NCBI GenBank assembly: GCA_019429005.1
Contig: JAHYJR010000001.1
Span: 223,048 to 287,047, forward strand
Source of the DNA: Nanobdellati archaeon
GTDB lineage: Archaea > EX4484-52 > GLR71
DNA length: 64,000 nt
Direction of reading: 5' to 3'
The translations under genes were made by a program, and so were the position numbers. The notes below the pieces were generated by a model. The model saw nothing but the letters and a program-made list of their open reading frames with translations, was not told where the DNA came from and ran no database searches. Shown here piece after piece: positions 61,495 through 64,000 of the stretch (position 1 is its first letter; the number at the start of each line of letters is the position of its first letter).

Positions 61495-64000
61495 ATGGTA
61501 AAAAATCGAGTCAAAAATACACAAAAATATAGTTTTTTTTCTCTAAATAAGCGCGTTAATTTAAATAGAAAATCTCAGGTTTCGCTAAAATCTCAGGCAA
61601 CTACTGTTTCAATAATGTTTGTAATTGTTTTCATTTTATTACAATATCTTTTTGTTGCTTTAAATGCTGATAATATGACTTTTGATAACACATCAAAAAT
61701 TACTGGTGCGTTTTTAAATTCTGTTGAAAATCTTAGTGTTCCTAATGAGTCTAATATAACTGAAACGTCTCAAGATCTGTATGGAAATGTAAGTGTTACA
61801 AATCAGACTCAAAATGTATTTGACAATAGTTCGAATCAATCTGGACTGAATCAGACTATTATTGAATCAAATAACACAAACAATCTTAATTTCACTCTAA
61901 TTGATGGTGTTGGCTCAAATCAAACTGATATTATAAGTAATATAGAAGATAATGTTTCAAATATTACGGTTCCTGTTGTATTAACAAATTTAACAAATAA
62001 TACTAATACAACAAATGTGACAAACACAACAAATGTAATAAATGTAACAAACACAACAGATAATATATCTTCGAATCAAAAAAATCTGATAAATGTGAGT
62101 GGTACAACACCTAGTATTTCTCAAGTGACAATTGTGGATGTCTTGTTACCTCGTATTATTGAAATGACTAAAGATTTTAACATCACAACAATTATGAACT
62201 CAATATATACAAATTCAAGAATAACTGCAATACTTTCAATATCTGATTTATTCAGCACAAAAGATAATCTTACTAAGGTTGTTTCAATTCTTATCAATAA
62301 TTCACAAACAATTGTTTGGACTTTAAACCCAACAACTTGTGGTAATTTTACCTATGATATTACGGCCTTTTTAAATGGTACAAATGATTCTCGTAAAGGC
62401 AATATTCAAGTTGATTGTCCTTTGATTCCTTCAATTCAGTTGAATGTGTCAGTAATTGATAATGGTACTTCAAAAACGCTTGAGATTTACGGCCACGTAT
62501 TTGATTTAAATACTGGTGATGATGTTGCAGCAGACGTTACTGCAGAAGTTTCAGAAGAAACAGGTAATATACTATTTATCGGCACAAAATATACTGAAGG
62601 ACCTTTCTATTTTGATTTCTTGATGCCAAAAGACGCTTATGGTCAATATTGGATAGATGTATCTGCAAATACTACTTATGGTAACATAAAAAACACAACA
62701 ATTGTAACTGTTGGGAATCTGATCCAATCAACACTTAGTATTCTTGACCTAAAAAAGAATTATAATCTTGGAGATATCATATTATTTTCAATTAATGGTT
62801 TATTTGCACAATTTAATATTTATATGATATCTCCTATTGGCGATATTATTGAATTAACTATACAAGAAGATTTATCTGGATATTTTGTGTCTTTTGACAC
62901 AAAAGACGGTTTTATACCTGGTGTTTATACGCTTATTGTCGAGAATCTGAATTCAAATGGCGTCGTTCTTGATTCATTAGCAACTGAATTTGCGCTTGGT
63001 CTTGTAAATATTAATTCTGAAAATGCCATTTATAATATTTGTACTGATGCAAAAATTAATCTTGCCGTTTTCTCACCAAATAGCACACCTGTAACAAATG
63101 CGACAATCACTGTTGAACTGATATCACCTAATGGTTTAATTAAATATCTATCTACCGTTTATGATACTGTTGAAGATAATCTTGATGGTACTTATATCAT
63201 AACATATGGTGCTGATTTACCTGGAACTTATACAATGAGTGTCTCAGCGATATCAACTGAGCATTCTGTGGATGATGTTTATGAAACAACATTTGAGGTC
63301 AGGGATTTGGATTGCAATAAAACCAATGAAACTGAACTTTTGGTTGAAAATATTGAAATTGTTCAAGGTCTTGCAGAGGTTGGAAAACCTGTTAAGTGGT
63401 ATAAGACAATACGTGTTCAAAACATAGATGATTATGATGTGGAGAATAGGGGAATTGATGCGGATATACCTTTATTATCAAACAATATAATTGTTAAAGA
63501 AAAAGACAAAATTCCATCTGGAAACATGTTTTCAATAGCTTCTTTAATCACTAACGCAATTAAATCTACTGATTCAAAATGGAATGAATCTCTAATTAAA
63601 TCAAATGAGATAAAAGAGTATGTTATAGAATATGAAACACCTGCACCAACTATGGCTATTAAGAAAGTTCCTGAAAATGAACTGCCATCAAATACTAATT
63701 TTTATGATACAATAAGGATTCATCATGATGACGAAAATGGTAGTGTGCATTATATGAATGTTACTGTCAGGATGCCTTATTCTGAAAAGTATGATAAACT
63801 GATGAAAAATGGTTTTATTGACCTTCTGTGGTTAGGCGGTACTGAGGCATTTTTTAATCAACCAACATCCATCATGAACGACGCACGATTTAATGTAACT
63901 TTTGAGGATTCAGATGGTAACGGTGTTGATGATACAATTGTGTTTATGGTTCCTAAACTTTCTGGCAGTGATTATGGGTTGGCAGGGTATAGTTGTTTAG
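61495..64000 (+). CDS. Large secreted/surface glycoprotein (over 835 aa; runs off the right edge)
   Basis: Open frame from ATG 61495; basic leader with RKSQ/KSQ then a hydrophobic helix, KITGAF, many N-x-S/T sequons, Ig-like beta pattern, DSDGNGVDD loop. Confidence 0.88.
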   Translation, partial: MVKNRVKNTQKYSFFSLNKRVNLNRKSQVSLKSQATTVSIMFVIVFILLQYLFVALNADNMTFDNTSKITGAFLNSVENLSVPNESNITETSQDLYGNVSVTNQTQNVFDNSSNQSGLNQTIIESNNTNNLNFTLIDGVGSNQTDIISNIEDNVSNITVPVVLTNLTNNTNTTNVTNTTNVINVTNTTDNISSNQKNLINVSGTTPSISQVTIVDVLLPRIIEMTKDFNITTIMNSIYTNSRITAILSISDLFSTKDNLTKVVSILINNSQTIVWTLNPTTCGNFTYDITAFLNGTNDSRKGNIQVDCPLIPSIQLNVSVIDNGTSKTLEIYGHVFDLNTGDDVAADVTAEVSEETGNILFIGTKYTEGPFYFDFLMPKDAYGQYWIDVSANTTYGNIKNTTIVTVGNLIQSTLSILDLKKNYNLGDIILFSINGLFAQFNIYMISPIGDIIELTIQEDLSGYFVSFDTKDGFIPGVYTLIVENLNSNGVVLDSLATEFALGLVNINSENAIYNICTDAKINLAVFSPNSTPVTNATITVELISPNGLIKYLSTVYDTVEDNLDGTYIITYGADLPGTYTMSVSAISTEHSVDDVYETTFEVRDLDCNKTNETELLVENIEIVQGLAEVGKPVKWYKTIRVQNIDDYDVENRGIDADIPLLSNNIIVKEKDKIPSGNMFSIASLITNAIKSTDSKWNESLIKSNEIKEYVIEYETPAPTMAIKKVPENELPSNTNFYDTIRIHHDDENGSVHYMNVTVRMPYSEKYDKLMKNGFIDLLWLGGTEAFFNQPTSIMNDARFNVTFEDSDGNGVDDTIVFMVPKLSGSDYGLAGYSCL

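Overview
Very AT-rich archaeal chromosomal segment. It is probably DPANN-type, inferred from the divergent 16S/23S, the gene repertoire and an 'ITGxx' surface protein; no search was run. Content is mostly housekeeping: LeuRS (truncated by the window edge), CysRS, PheRS alpha/beta, TrpRS, GlyRS, EndA, Topo VI A/B, KH/RIO1/aIF1A/NMD3/aIF2-beta, RPA, MCM, TBP, MtaB, GGPP synthase, endonuclease IV, Sec61-beta, an rpl18e-rpl13-rps9-rpoN operon, two MinD paralogs and a MoeB/ThiI/Fe-S/SufS sulfur cluster. RNA genes are a 16S-tRNA(Ala)-23S operon with no linked 5S, RNase P RNA and eight tRNAs, three of them intron-containing. Main hunt results: (1) a stand-alone NrdD-type glycyl-radical protein divergent from an MsvR-like ArsR-V4R regulator, with a TTCG-N8-CGAA box at its predicted transcription start, a candidate redox-controlled 'spare part' system for class III ribonucleotide reductase; (2) an unannotated C/D box sRNA directly behind tRNA-Arg whose guide predicts 23S Um2552; (3) a tRNA-Glu with two introns, one a 161-nt branched T-loop intron; (4) a T-loop intron in the spacer tRNA-Ala and an EndA whose catalytic Lys position reads Ala; (5) a structured leader in front of a reduced RNase P RNA; (6) several recent pseudogenes and AT-rich tandem repeats.
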